Below, piece after piece: positions 38,947-54,681 of a stretch of DNA of 64,000 nt. A program made the translations under genes and the position numbers. The notes beneath the pieces are model-generated. The model did no database searches and was not told the origin of the DNA. It saw only the letters and a list, made by a program, of their open reading frames with translations. How positions within the stretch are numbered: position 1 is the stretch's first letter; every line of letters starts with the position of its first letter. The stretch is from Eledone cirrhosa. Lineage: Eukaryota. The stretch is taken from contig OZ024741.1 of NCBI GenBank assembly GCA_964016885.1, positions 369,148,001-369,212,000 of the forward strand. The letters are read 5' to 3'.

Positions 38947-39164
38947 ATACCCGTCTGCCAGATAGTTGAACGTTCGAAAGTATATACTTTCCTTATGAAA
39001 ATTAACGGCTGAGCAGCCTAATTTGCATATTGAGTGAGTTAAATCGGTCAGGCATACCGAAAACGATAAGTTGAAAAAATGAAAACGAAATTTCATTTCT
39101 CACTCTTAGTTTTCATAAGGAAAGTATATACTTTCGAACGTTCAACTATCGGGCAGATGGTTAT

Positions 39165-39207
39165 ACGGTGCTGATGATAGCTAACGAGCTTGAAACTAGT
39201 ACATCGT
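39165..39207 (+). ncRNA. Minimal hammerhead F8
   Basis: ACGGTG CTGATGA TAGCT AACG AGCTT GAAA CTAG TA CATCGT. Confidence 0.88.
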
Positions 39208-39363
39208 TCCTGTGTCAGTGTTGAACAAAAAGGTGACGTGGTTGCCTTAACACCGTATGGCATAAATTCAGGCTGTTTAGTTTGTTGACAAACGAACAAA
39301 GCGGCGTTATAATAAGCGTCCGCTAAACTGATGCGTGGATATATGTATGTGTACCTGTATGTA

Positions 39364-39443
<80 letters not shown>

Positions 39444-40053
39444 TGCTACTGTGCGTCTGTATACATATATGTATGTACGTATACATACATATTTACAATT
39501 TAAGTAAGTGCCATACTAAGAGTGAGAAATGAAATTTCGTTTTCATTTTTTTTCAACTTATATATATATATATATATATTATATTATATATATATTATAT
39601 ATATATTATATTATATATATATATTATATATATATATATTATATATATATATATTATATATATATATTATATATATATATTATATATATTATATATATAT
39701 ATATATTATATATATATATATATTATATATATATATATTATATATATATATTATATATATATATATTATATATATATTATATATATATATATATTATATA
39801 TATATATTCTATATATATATATATTATATATATATATATTATATATATATATTATATATATATTATATATAGATATATTATATATATATATTATATATAT
39901 ATTATATATATATTATATATATATATATTATATATATATATATATATTATATATATATATTATATATATATATATATATTATATATATATATTATATATA
40001 TATATATATATTATATATATATATATATATTATATATATATATATTATATATA

Positions 40054-40098
<45 letters not shown>

Positions 40099-40194
40099 AT
40101 ATATATAATATATATATATCTAATGTATATATAATATATATAATATATATATAATATATATATATATATAATATATATATATAATATATATATA

Positions 40195-40278
<84 letters not shown>

Positions 40279-40427
40279 AAAGTTCTATTTATATTGTTGG
40301 GATACAATAAACAAATATTTTTATAACTGATATAAAGCACTCGACAACTATCCTGATGTCTTCCAAAAGTAACGGTTGCATTTTGAAAGGGTACGTCAAT
40401 GTTTATTTATAAAACTGGTATATATTG

Positions 40428-40492
40428 TATTTTGTCTGATGAAGGCATACCATAATTTAACTTGGTATCCTTGAAATATGTATAATGAAATA
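40428..40492 (+). ncRNA. Type I hammerhead F2 (second, diverged copy)
   Basis: TATTTTGT-CTGATGA-AGGCATACCA..TGGTATCCTT-GAAA-TATGTA-TA-ATGAAATA. A truncated inverted copy lies at 40927-41010. Confidence 0.82.
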
Positions 40493-40528
40493 AATATGGT
40501 TTTATAAATATAGTTTCCATTTGTTAAT

Positions 40529-40582
<54 letters not shown>

Positions 40583-40588
40583 TATATA

Positions 40589-40667
<79 letters not shown>

Positions 40668-40730
40668 ATATATATATATATATTATATATATATTATATA
40701 TATATATATATATATAATATATATATATAT

Positions 40731-40837
<107 letters not shown>

Positions 40838-40843
40838 TATATA

Positions 40844-40930
<87 letters not shown>

Positions 40931-41014
40931 ATTAACAAATGGAAACTATATTTATAAAACCATATTTATTTCATTATACATATTTCAAGGATACCAAGTT
41001 AAATTATGGTATAT

Positions 41015-41063
<49 letters not shown>

Positions 41064-41074
41064 TATATATAAAA

Positions 41075-41341
41075 GTCAGCTCAAAAGTGACACAGAGGAG
41101 ACTGAGGTTGGCTGGACATGCTCACCGACATCCAGAGTTGACATTGCACTCAGTGCTCCTTTGGGAGCCCCTACATGGACACACTAGAAGAGGAAGACCA
41201 AGGTTAACATATGTTGATGCCCTAAGGACAGACACTGGTCTGTTGGAGATGCAGGATATGGCAGCGATAATGAGGGACAGAGACCGCTGGAGAGAACTCG
41301 TCCATGGATCTCGGGAATTTTACCCGCCTTAGATAGATAGA
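41075..41341 (+). mobile_element. RTE-type LINE 3' fragment (different family) with (TAGA)n tail
   Basis: RRLRLAGHAHRH...RRGRPRLTY...DRDRWR. Confidence 0.8.
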
Positions 41342-41612
41342 TATATTATATATATATATATTATATATATATATATTATATATATATTATATATATTATA
41401 TATATATATATATATTATATAATTATTTAATACAATAAATGAGATAGTTTTAACCTAAACTCCGACTGGTAACCATCTCACTCAACAAACATTAGGTTAT
41501 ACATTAGTATAAACCCAATTTAAGTCTTTGCGGTGCTAACTATATGTATTTTGTGGAAAGCCAGTTGTATTATTTTATATGAGATATAATTAAAGTTAAA
41601 ATATATCTCTCT

Positions 41613-41737
41613 TTCCAAACAATTGTTTCATTATAAGTTTTCTACAAGTTGGGAGAATGTTTCCAGTTTATGTAGAAGCCTAACATATTTTCATGTAAGA
41701 AAATATTTAGCTGGGTACTTATAAATCGTCAGTGGAA
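41613..41737 (-). ncRNA. Type I hammerhead F9 with long stem II
   Basis: UUCCA-CUGACGA-U UUAUAAG..(about 80 nt)..CUUAUAA U-GAAA-CAAUUG-UU-UGGAA. Confidence 0.78.
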
Positions 41738-42551
41738 GCCCATTAAACTTTGATATAAGAAAAAATCTCTTACCACAGTTAATTTTCGTGTCCGCTAAGT
41801 TGTCCCTTCACGCATCTTTTGACTGAGGAAGTATCATAGCGTCACGAAGCGGAAAGAGAAAAGTAAAATAATATACACGTGGGTTAATTAGTCTTTTCAA
41901 AACATTATCAATCCTGCGTGTTAAGAACTCAATTAATAAAAAAAAATATATGTATACGTGTATTAATTACACACGCATATAGATATTTTCTTAGGCTAAA
42001 AACAGAGAAATGATACCACACAAAATCACATCTTATAACTGTAATATATACGGAAAGTTACGCTTTAAAAGGCATTTGGGAATGTAAATCTCTGGCTAAA
42101 TTAAGAGTAAAATATTTAATACACGCGAGTTAATTAGTTATTTCAAAACCAATATTAATTACGCGTGTTAAGAACTCAATTAATTAAAAAAAATAAATGT
42201 ATGCATGTAATTATTTACACACGCATATAGATGTTTTCTTAGGCTAAAAACAGAGAAGTGATTCCCCAAAAAACAAACAATATCTCGTAACACTAATAAA
42301 TACGGAAAGTCATGTTTATAAGGTACCTGGAAATAAAAATCTCTGGCCAAATCAAGAGTAAAATATTTAATACAATAACAGAGATAGCTTTAAGCTAAAC
42401 TCCGACTGGTAACCATCTCACTCAACAAACATTAGGTTATACGTTAGTATAAACCCAATTTAAGTCTTTGCGGTGCTAACTATATGTATTTTGTGGAAAG
42501 CCAGTTGTATTATTTATATGAGATATAATTAAAGTTAAAATATATCTCTCT

Positions 42552-42676
42552 TTCCAAACAATTGTTTCATTATAAGTTTTCTACAAGTTGGGAGAATGTT
42601 TCCAGTTTATGTAGAAGCCTAACATATTTTCATGCAAGAAAATATTTAGGTGGGCACTTATAAATCGTCAGTGGAA
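42552..42676 (-). ncRNA. Type I hammerhead F9 with long stem II
   Basis: Direct repeat of 41613-41737. Confidence 0.78.
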
Positions 42677-43022
42677 GCCCATTAAACATTGATATAAGAG
42701 AAAATTCCTTACCACAGTTAATTTTCGTGTCCGCTAAGTTGTCCCTTCACGCATCGAATGACCGCCAAATTTGAAATTCCAGCAGTCTTTTGACTGAGGA
42801 AGTATCATAGCGTCACGAAGCGGAAAGAGGAGACAACCACGAGTCACGAGAAAAGTGAAATAATATACACGTGGGTTAATTAGTCTTTTCAAAAACATTA
42901 TCAATCCTGCGTGTTAAGAACTCAATTAATTATATATATATATTATATATATTAATTATATATATATATTATATATATATATATATATTATATATATATA
43001 TATATTATATATATATATATAT

Positions 43023-43107
<85 letters not shown>

Positions 43108-43120
43108 ATATTATATATAT

Positions 43121-43880
43121 TTATTAAAATAACAGATTAAAGTTTAAGCAAAGAATCGCTGCTTTCACCCTTAACGGGATCTTCTGAAACTAACAAAGTC
43201 AATCTGTAAACGCAGAACTGATGTTTCAAAAAACGTTGAAACCGAGGAAGACAGGAAGACGATACTTTGGTTCGTGGTAACGTTCGCTGGCAAAGAACGG
43301 GAAAAAACGAATAATACGTCATTAATAGGAGCGGTGAAAAACAATTACGCGCAAAGACAGAACCACGTTTATGGTATAAAAGAGGTCGTAGACTAATGTT
43401 CTCTTAGGTGGTGCATAGAGACGTTCTCTGCAATGAACGAAAAACGAAGATAATAAGTCATATGTGGAGCGTGGAGAACAATAGCACGCAAAGACAAAAC
43501 CACGTAAATGGTATAGCAGAAATCGTAGACTAAAATTCTAACTAGAAGACCAAATGAATCTCCGCTACAGAGTTAAGAACAAAGGAAATAAATACAATAC
43601 AGAAGTAATAGAAACAAATAAATACATACACGCAAACAGATACGTACATACACAAGCATACGCAAAACCTTACCATGGGTATACAAAACCACGCACATAT
43701 AAATATGTGTGTGTGTGTATGCTTGTGTACAAATAAATAAATAATTATATATATGTATATAAGTAAATAAATACGTATATAACAAGCGCACACGCATAAA
43801 TACTTGCTCTACGGTTCTTATATATTTGATATATATTTTCCTTATCGAGCCCTCTTTGGATTTTAGTCTTCAATTATTAT
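43121..43880 (-). mobile_element. Non-coding pLTR-like fragment ending in hammerhead F10
   Basis: Terminal hammerhead followed by AATAAA and (TA)n. Internal diverged repeat at 43328-43397 and 43466-43533. Confidence 0.6.
43141..43191 (-). ncRNA. Hammerhead F10 (core CAGAAGA, U4>A)
   Basis: AGUUU-CAGAAGA-U CCC guuaa GGG U-GAAA-GCA gcgauucuu UGC-UU-AAACU. Confidence 0.7.
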
Positions 43881-43945
43881 TATTACTATATTATATATAT
43901 ATATATATTATAAATATATATTATATATATATATTATATATATAT

Positions 43946-43979
<34 letters not shown>

Positions 43980-44084
43980 ATTATATATATATTATATATA
44001 TATATTATATATATATATAGATATTATATATATATATATATTATATATATATATTATATATTATATATATTATATATTATATAT

Positions 44085-44116
<32 letters not shown>

Positions 44117-44130
44117 ATATATTATATTAT

Positions 44131-45190
44131 ACTAGACAGCTCACATGTAGACGTGATATATCTTGACTTTGCGAAGGCCTTTGACAAGGTCGACCACGGA
44201 ATGATATGTCACAAACTACACGGACTCGGCATAACTGGAAAAGTAGGTGAGTGGCTGCATGGCTTCCTAAGGGACAGAAGCCAGGCAGTCGCAGCAAATG
44301 GGGCCCTCTCGAGGGAAACACCGATAGCAAGTGGGGTGCCTCAGGGGACAGTCCTGGGACCACTACTGTTTTTGGTGGCTCTCTCGGACATGCCCTCTGT
44401 GGTGCATGCAACAACATCCCTCACTAGCTATGCTGATGACACTAAGGTAGCACAGGCAATCAAAAACCCGGCTGACGCTGCCCTCTTACAGCAGGATCTG
44501 GATGCCATATACAGATGGGTGGAAGAAAACAACGTGCAGTTTAATGCTGGCAAATTCCAAGCCCTACAATACAAACCTGCAAACACAAACACAAATATAG
44601 CGGAACACAGCTACACAGGACCAGGAGGGACCGATATCCCCGTGTCAAAATCGATACGAGACCTGGGCATAGACATGAGCGATGATGCATCTTTTTCTTC
44701 ACACATCATGAAGGTGGCGACAGCATGTAGACGATTCGCCTGGCTGGATCTTGAGGACTTTCCTTACGAGAGATCGAGACACCATGTTGACACTGTGGAG
44801 GACTTTTGTCCTAAGCCGCCTGGACTACTGCTCCCAGCTGTGGTCACCCCATAGTGTCAAACTAACCACGGAGCTTGAGGCAATCCAGCGAAGCTACACC
44901 AAGAGGATTGCCAAGATGAGGGAGACAAGCTACTGGGAGAGGCTAAAGGAACTGAACCTCTACTCCTTGGAGCGAAGACGGGAGAGATACGCAGTGATCT
45001 ACATGTGGAAAATCCTGGAGGGACTAGCACCAAACTTTGGCATTGGGAGCTGGACCAACCGTCGAACAGGACGTCACTGTGTGGTGCCAAAGGTCCCGTC
45101 TTCCACATCTAGAATAAGGAGCAGGTATTGCAATAGCCTGGGATTCAAGGGCCCTCAACTCTTCAACAGGCTGCCGAGGCATCTGCCGTG
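44131..45190 (+). mobile_element. CR1/L2-group LINE RT fragment
   Basis: YLDFAKAFDKVDH, SGVPQGTVLGP, YADDTK and YSLERRRERY; one frameshift. Confidence 0.9.
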
Positions 45191-45557
45191 ACCATCTCCA
45201 CTGAAAGTGTTCGTGAAATAGTCTTTTCAAGACTATACAGAGCATTTGAAGTTGTCCCAAATTGAAGGTTGAGTACTTTAGACTTTGTTTTATCATGAGT
45301 TAAGGCTCTATTGATTTTTCCCTGGATTTCTCTAAATTCTGTTGGATAAATCTATATCCTGATTCCTTTTGAATTGAGTCTGAATTATTTTTCCCATATC
45401 TTATGTTAACTATTTTCCCATTTTGACGCTATAGTTGCATATATGTTATGGAATACTGTTAGCTTCTCGCTACAACAATTTCTATACTTTTCATTTACAT
45501 ATAAATATATTAAATATATATATATATATTATATATATATATATATTATATATATAT

Positions 45558-45589
<32 letters not shown>

Positions 45590-45608
45590 ATATTATATAT
45601 ATATATAT

Positions 45609-45640
<32 letters not shown>

Positions 45641-45677
45641 TATATATTATATATATATATTATATATATATATATAT

Positions 45678-45710
<33 letters not shown>

Positions 45711-45773
45711 ATATTATATATATATATTATATATATATTATATATATATTATATATATATTATATATATATTA

Positions 45774-45804
<31 letters not shown>

Positions 45805-45881
45805 GATATATATATAATATATATATATATATAATAATATATATATATATAATATATATATAATATATATATATATATAAT

Positions 45882-45970
<89 letters not shown>

Positions 45971-45978
45971 TATATAAT

Positions 45979-46010
<32 letters not shown>

Positions 46011-46083
46011 ATATATATATATATAATATATATATATATAATATATATATATATATAATAATATATATATATATATATATATA

Positions 46084-46191
46084 TAATTGTTTCTACGTTA
46101 GGCACAAGGCCAGCAATTACCCAGTGTATTACTGGCACTTTATTTTATCGACCCCGTAAGGATGAAAGGCAAAGTTAACCTCGGCGGGATT
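46084..46191 (-). mobile_element. SINE 3' part, cut by the assembly gap
   Basis: Matches 62504-62610. Confidence 0.85.
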
Positions 46192-46391
46192 NNNNNNNNN
46201 NNNNNNNNNNNNNNNNNNNNNNNNNNNNNNNNNNNNNNNNNNNNNNNNNNNNNNNNNNNNNNNNNNNNNNNNNNNNNNNNNNNNNNNNNNNNNNNNNNNN
46301 NNNNNNNNNNNNNNNNNNNNNNNNNNNNNNNNNNNNNNNNNNNNNNNNNNNNNNNNNNNNNNNNNNNNNNNNNNNNNNNNNNNNNNNNNNN
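46192..46391. other. Assembly gap (200 N)
   Basis: Run of N. Confidence 1.
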
Positions 46392-46569
46392 TACACATAC
46401 AACTACACGCTCACACAACTCAGACATACATAAATAAAGAGATATACATACAACACATTATATATATATATATATACTATATATATATATATATCTAGTA
46501 TTATATATATACTATATACACACATAATATATATACACACACACACACACCACACACACATATACATAC

Positions 46570-46626
<57 letters not shown>

Positions 46627-46843
46627 TATACATATACTCATAGTACATATATATAAAATAAATAAATAAATAAATAAATGCACATAGTCAGACAATTATG
46701 CACACAAATAATATATAATATATATATATATATATATATTACACACACTCATCAACTACAAATATATATATATATATATATATTCCTCACATATACACGC
46801 ACACATTACGCTATATAATATACACACACACAATAACATATAT

Positions 46844-46891
<48 letters not shown>

Positions 46892-47538
46892 CATCATACA
46901 ACCCTTATTTACATGCGCACATATGTATTTTTTATACTCACATACAAGCACCCAAACATACATACCTACCTACATATACATACGTACATCCACGCTTACA
47001 AATACAAATAATTCTAGGGGGGGGGGGAGGGGAGTTATAGTAAATATAGGTTTCAAGGAAACATAGAATATTAAATTGCATCTAGATCATAATATGTGTT
47101 ACATAGTAGTTCAGTATTAGGACAATGTAAGAAAGAAAGCAAATTATGCATTTTAATATAAGTAGACTATTAATTATAGGTTAACTAAATTAAAAATAGT
47201 TAATATATTGATTTCTAAGGTGTATACTACTTAGGTTTATAATCTTTGAAGCAGAATTTTGAAGTTAAACAGTAGTAGAGTATTAATTTATAGCATAACT
47301 AAATTAAAAATATTAACATTATGGTATCAATATTAGGAAATGAATTTAGTAATAGGGAAAAAAACCAAAACAAGTATTTCATCGGTAGTAGAATATAAAT
47401 TATAGGTTAACTAAATTAAAAATTATATATTAATTTCTATAGTATATGTTAATTAGGTTTATAATAATTAAAACAGATTTTGTATTTTATCTATAGTAAA
47501 ATATGATTATAGGTTAACAAAAAAATAAAAAATAAAAA

Positions 47539-47588
<50 letters not shown>

Positions 47589-47599
47589 TATTATATATA

Positions 47600-47648
<49 letters not shown>

Positions 47649-47685
47649 AGATAATATATATATATATAATATATATTATATATAT

Positions 47686-47735
<50 letters not shown>

Positions 47736-48287
47736 TTAATTGTAAAGGATATATTAATTAGGTATATATTTAAAATTTTTCTCAGTTTATGATTACATGA
47801 TATTCTGCAATCCATCTGTATTAGAATTTTAATTTTAAGCTAATTAAAATAAAATTTTAGGTTAACTAAATTAAAATTAAATTATAATTAATATTTCTAA
47901 ATTGTACATTAATTAGGTTTATAATATTAAAAAATATTTTTCTGTCATTGATTACACGCTATTTTGTTATATTTCATCTGTAAAGGAATTTTAATAAAAG
48001 GTTAAATAAACTCTAAAATTAATCTATAAATTAATTTACAAAGTATATATTAATTATGTTAATAATTTTTAAAAATTTTTCACAATTTATGATTACACAA
48101 TATTTTATAATCTCAACTGTAGTAGAATTTTAATTAAATTAAATTTATAGGTTAACTAACATTTAAATTAAATTATATATTAATTTCTAAAATTATATTA
48201 ATAATTAGGTTTATAATATTTAAATGTTTTTCTTAGTTTATGATTACACGATATAATTAATTCCTGTCGCTTATTTAATAGGATATC

Positions 48288-50306
48288 CTAAGAGTTCATT
48301 ATTTCAAATAGTTCTTGGGAACATAATCTACATTCATTTCTATTATTTTGATAAGGGGTGGCTCTTTTGAGCACACTCCAGGTCATATCATATTCTATAT
48401 TCTTATTTTTATAACTATTGATTTTTTCTGCTAGAGATGTTGTATTAGCTAGTGCGGCATTTTTAAAACTATGTTTGTGGGTATTAAACCTTACCTTAAA
48501 ATTGTTAGAAGTAGCTCCTATATATGAGCAAATAGAATCTTTAGTTTTAACATTACATTTATAAACTATGTTGTTAACAAGACAATTTCCTTTTAATGGG
48601 CAGTTTGCTTTGTTTCTACAGTTACAACCTTTCGTTAATTCTGTATTTGAAGAGATATTATGGTTAGTTTGATGTATTGGTGGTATACTTATGGTATTCT
48701 TACATTTATATGCATTATAGGCACTTATATTTTGTTTTATGTTTTTGGTTGTTGAGTATGAGAATTTAACTGTTGACCTATTTAAGATTTGATGGTATTT
48801 GTGGTTTGGCGGGAAGTTTTTCTCTAGGATATTAAACATTTTTTTAGCAATATTATCCTTAATTTGTAAATTAAATGGAGCATTATACCAAGTAACTCGT
48901 CTATTACGGTTTCTATGTTGTTTATTATTTTTATAGGTTGTATCGTGATGTTTACTAGGGGGATTAATGTTAATGATCTCACCACGCACATTTTTAGTTA
49001 GATTTATAGATTTAGGTGTTTTATCTTGTTTATTAGGAGTTTTATTATTAACATTTATTAGAGTTGTATGATGAGTAGTTTTTTGAGAGTTACTATACTT
49101 TATATTAGAGGAGTTGTTGGTATTTTGGGGTATAGTGTGGGTGGCATTTAGGTGTGTACTTTTCATTTGGTGTTTGTTGGTAATATTAGGTTGTATGTTT
49201 ATAGTATTTTTAGTAGAAGGTATATATTCTAATCTATTTTTGTGGCCACTTCTATCTAGAGCTTCGTTATAGAAGGTCGCATTTTTATCAAATACATCTT
49301 GGTTAGACGAAAGGTTAGAAATTCTAAGTGATATATTATATGCAAGGTTTTTAAGGATAGATTTAGGGTGATTAGATTGTGAGTGTATGTAGTGTAAGTT
49401 TTGGTTGGGTTTATGGTAAGGTTGGTAGATACCCGTAGCTAAGTCTAAAGTTATATCTAGGAAATTAACTACTTTACTTGTGTTTTCAAAAGTAATATGA
49501 AGACTATAATAGTCTTTAAGGAAAGTTCTAATAAGCTTTTTGTTTTTTTCTATTTCTGAAAGGCTAAGGTTGTTGGAAAGAAGAAGACAGTCATCACGAT
49601 ATAAACCACCTTTAAGGTGGGGAAAGGAAGCATTTATGTTGAAAAGGAGAAAGAGGCCCACAAGATCAGTAATTTGGGCGGAATCGCTTGAACCCATAGT
49701 AATATCAAATAGATTACTATATGTGTTTCTGGTCCAGTATTCATTCTGAAATTCAATAAGTGTTAGTCTAGCATGTGTAATAATATTAATGTCATCCAAA
49801 GTTAAGTTAGATCTATTTTTAGCAAAAATCAAAGCTTTGTTCAGGAGTATAGGTGATATAGAAGAATAGTAATTATCTATATCAAATTGTAGAAAAGAAG
49901 CAGAAGATTTACATCTAATATTTTTAAACCAGTTAATTACCTGGGAAGTGTTTTCCCAGAGTGGTAAATTAACGTGTTTTCTTATTTGTGGGATGACTCT
50001 ATCCAAAATTTTTTTGCTAATTATTCCAATATCAGATTTGGAGGGACATATAAGTCTTATAGAAGGATTTGAGTTAAAGTTTGATTTATGATCCTTCAGG
50101 TTGAAGTGTTGTCTTTTCAATGCCAAAGGTTCAGTTCCATCTTCAATGTTTAGTTTTTTTACTATGTTGTGTGTTTTGTTGTTGATGTTGGTGAGTGACG
50201 CATTATTAGATTTTTTTATAATTTTTCCTGAGTTCTTTATATATGAACTCATTATAATCTTCAATATCCATGTGATACAAGTTTCCAGTTTTGTCCGAGT
50301 GGACAT
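48288..50306 (-). CDS. PLE-B RT + GIY-YIG endonuclease (672-aa open frame, N-terminally disrupted)
   Basis: QFDIDNYYSSI, MGSSD, LYRDD and NFLDI. CNCRNKANCPLKGNC..IVY..SYIGAT..FKVRF..H. Confidence 0.9.
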   Translation of the reverse strand: MSTRTKLETCITWILKIIMSSYIKNSGKIIKKSNNASLTNINNKTHNIVKKLNIEDGTEPLALKRQHFNLKDHKSNFNSNPSIRLICPSKSDIGIISKKILDRVIPQIRKHVNLPLWENTSQVINWFKNIRCKSSASFLQFDIDNYYSSISPILLNKALIFAKNRSNLTLDDINIITHARLTLIEFQNEYWTRNTYSNLFDITMGSSDSAQITDLVGLFLLFNINASFPHLKGGLYRDDCLLLSNNLSLSEIEKNKKLIRTFLKDYYSLHITFENTSKVVNFLDITLDLATGIYQPYHKPNQNLHYIHSQSNHPKSILKNLAYNISLRISNLSSNQDVFDKNATFYNEALDRSGHKNRLEYIPSTKNTINIQPNITNKHQMKSTHLNATHTIPQNTNNSSNIKYSNSQKTTHHTTLINVNNKTPNKQDKTPKSINLTKNVRGEIININPPSKHHDTTYKNNKQHRNRNRRVTWYNAPFNLQIKDNIAKKMFNILEKNFPPNHKYHQILNRSTVKFSYSTTKNIKQNISAYNAYKCKNTISIPPIHQTNHNISSNTELTKGCNCRNKANCPLKGNCLVNNIVYKCNVKTKDSICSYIGATSNNFKVRFNTHKHSFKNAALANTTSLAEKINSYKNKNIEYDMTWSVLKRATPYQNNRNECRLCSQELFEIMNS

Positions 50307-51112
50307 GGATTTTTTAAGACTTTTTTAGGTCCAATAGGGTAGAATCAAGGTCCTTTTGAAAGACAGATTTATACTTCTTAAATTTGAGGTGTTTAATTAA
50401 ATTAAAAAGGTCTTTCTCAAAGTCTTCAAGTAGAGAGTTGCCTTATGATACAGAAAACTAACCAATTTATCAGAAGAGTTAGATGGAGAGCCTACCACTT
50501 CGATAAAAAATCTAAATATGCAGATAGGAAATATATGTATGATTTCAATACTTACAAGAATCCACCACACAACTCTCTACTTGAAGACTTTGAGAAAGAC
50601 CTTTTTAATTTAATTAAACACCTCAAATTTAAATATTATAAACCTAATTAATAATATAATTTTAGAAATTAATATATAATTTAATTTAAATGTTAGTTAA
50701 CCTATAAATTTAATTTAATTAAAATTCTACTACAGTTGAGATTATAAAATATTGTGTAGTCATAAATTGTGAAAAATTTTTAAAAATTATTAACATAATT
50801 AATATATACTTTGTAAATTAATTTATAGATTAATTTTAGTTTATTTAACCTTTTATTAAAATTCCTTTACAGATGAAATATAACAAAATAGCGTGTAATC
50901 AATGACAGAGAAATATTTTTTTAATATTATAAACCTAATTAATGTACAATTTAGAAATATATTTATAATTTAATTTTAATTTAGTTAACCTAAAACTTTA
51001 TTTTAATTGGGCTTAAAATTAAAATTCTAATACAGATGGATTGCAGAATATCATGTAATCATAAACTGAGAAAAATTTTAAATATATACCTAATTAATAT
51101 ATTCTTTACAAT

Positions 51113-52519
<1,407 letters not shown>

Positions 52520-53451
52520 ATATATATATATATATATATATATATTAATTTTTATTTTTTATTTTTTGTTAACCTATAATCATATTTTACTATAGATAAA
52601 ATACAAAATCTGTTTTAATTATTATAAACCTAATTAACATATACTATAGAAATTAATATATAATTTTTAATTTAGTTAACCTATAATTTATATTCTACTA
52701 CCGATGAAATACTTGTTTTGGTTTTTTTTCCCTATTACTAAATTCATTTCCTAATATTGATACCATAATGTTAATATTTTTAATTTAGTTATGCTATAAT
52801 TAATACTCTACTACTGTTTAACTTCAAAATTCTGCTTCAAAGATTATAAACCTAAGTAGTATACACCTTAGAAATCAATATATTAACTATTTTTAATTTA
52901 GTTAACCTATAATTAATAGTCTACTTATATTAAAATGCATAATTTTGCTTTCTTTCTTACATTTCCTAATACTGAAACTACTATGTAAACACATATTATG
53001 ATCTAGATGCAATTTAATATTCTATGTTACTTGAAACCTATATTTACTATAATCCCCTCCCCCCCCCCATAATTATTTGTATTTGTAAGCGTGGATGTAC
53101 GCATGTATGTTTGGGTGCTTGTATGTGAGTATATGTGTTTGTCTATATTGTATCTGTATTATTTTTGACCGCCGGTCAGTCAATGGCAACATTGAGGACC
53201 GAGTAAGTTAGATCGCAGATATATATATATAAAAGACAGCGAGAAGCGAAAACCAACCAAACAGTGAGTGTGTTCTGTTATTAATTCTGGCAATATTACG
53301 CAAATATGACCCTCCCCAAATATAACAATATATATATATGTATGTATGTATATATATGTATATATGTGTGTGTGTATATATATGTATATATATATGTCTA
53401 TGTGTATGTGTGTGTGTGTATATATATGCGTATGTGTGCGTGTATATGTGA

Positions 53452-53501
<50 letters not shown>

Positions 53502-53513
53502 AGTTGATGAGTG

Positions 53514-53554
<41 letters not shown>

Positions 53555-53628
53555 GTGCATAATTGTCTGGCTTTGTGTATTTATTTATTTATTTATTTAT
53601 TTATTTATTTTATATATATGTATATGAG

Positions 53629-53709
<81 letters not shown>

Positions 53710-53804
53710 ATATATATGTATTTATATGTGTGTTTGTGTGTGTGTGTATATATATGCGTATATGTATGTGTATGTGTGTGTATATATAAGTGTATGTATG
53801 TATG

Positions 53805-53853
<49 letters not shown>

Positions 53854-53892
53854 GTGTGTGTGTATATGTGTGTGTGTATATGTGTGTGTGTA

Positions 53893-53927
<35 letters not shown>

Positions 53928-53956
53928 GGGTATGTATGTGTATATGTGTATGTACA

Positions 53957-54001
<45 letters not shown>

Positions 54002-54681
54002 ATATATATGTATATATATGTGTATATATATATATATATATGTGTATGTATATGTGTATATATATATATATATGTATATCGATGTGTATTTTATATTTTA
54101 CTTGTTTATATATATATTTTTTTTTAATATTCTTCTTTTTATTTTTAAATTTATAGATACATTTTTAAATAGGCAGTTTGTCTGACACCCGTAAATACTG
54201 ACCCCCCCCACCTACTTTCTGTATCTGGACCTAAATATATGTGGCAGTGCTTATTGTGCGCGCCTTAATGTCCATATTGCTTATGATAATAATATATACA
54301 CATATATGTGGGTGTGTGTGTGTGTGCATGTTCGTGGTTATGTGTATGTTTATGCGTATATGCGCGTGTGTGTGTGAATGTATGTTTATGTGTGTATATA
54401 TGAATGTATATATGTTTATATACGTATATGTATATTTATCTGTAGATTATAAACATACAGAGACATTAGCCCTGAATTTTTGTATTTACATACATTTTTT
54501 CGACATGCGTATGCATGTGAACATATATTTTTATGCATATCTGTGAACGAAGTTACTTACATATATACACACACCTAACTGTATTTTCTGGACATATTTC
54601 TGTGTATTTCATTGGTCAATTTGAACTCTGTTCCCAAACAGACCTGTAATTTTGAATTGTTGTTATTATCAATAAATATAT

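Larger units (their letters stand above)
38640..39560. repeat. Fold-back element (arms about 38640-39000 and 39110-39494) with a hammerhead F8 in each arm
   Basis: Reverse-complement arms including an internal (TA)n. 39513-39560 additionally inverts 39067-39112. Confidence 0.9.
41424..42930 (-). mobile_element. Non-coding tandem unit (about 940-bp period, 1.6 copies) with hammerhead F9; retrozyme-like or PLE pLTR tandem
   Basis: 41424-41930 is repeated at 42364-42930 with indels. Internal sub-repeat of about 250 bp at 41865-42110 and 42110-42360. No ORF. Confidence 0.75.

Noticed and set aside
41822-41860. CTGAGGA...GAAA on the plus strand (also near 42793)
   Set aside because: No stem II, stem III or NUH/stem I complementarity, so not a hammerhead.
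45190-45500. Possible coding fragment after the CR1 piece
   Set aside because: No recognisable motif; left unassigned.
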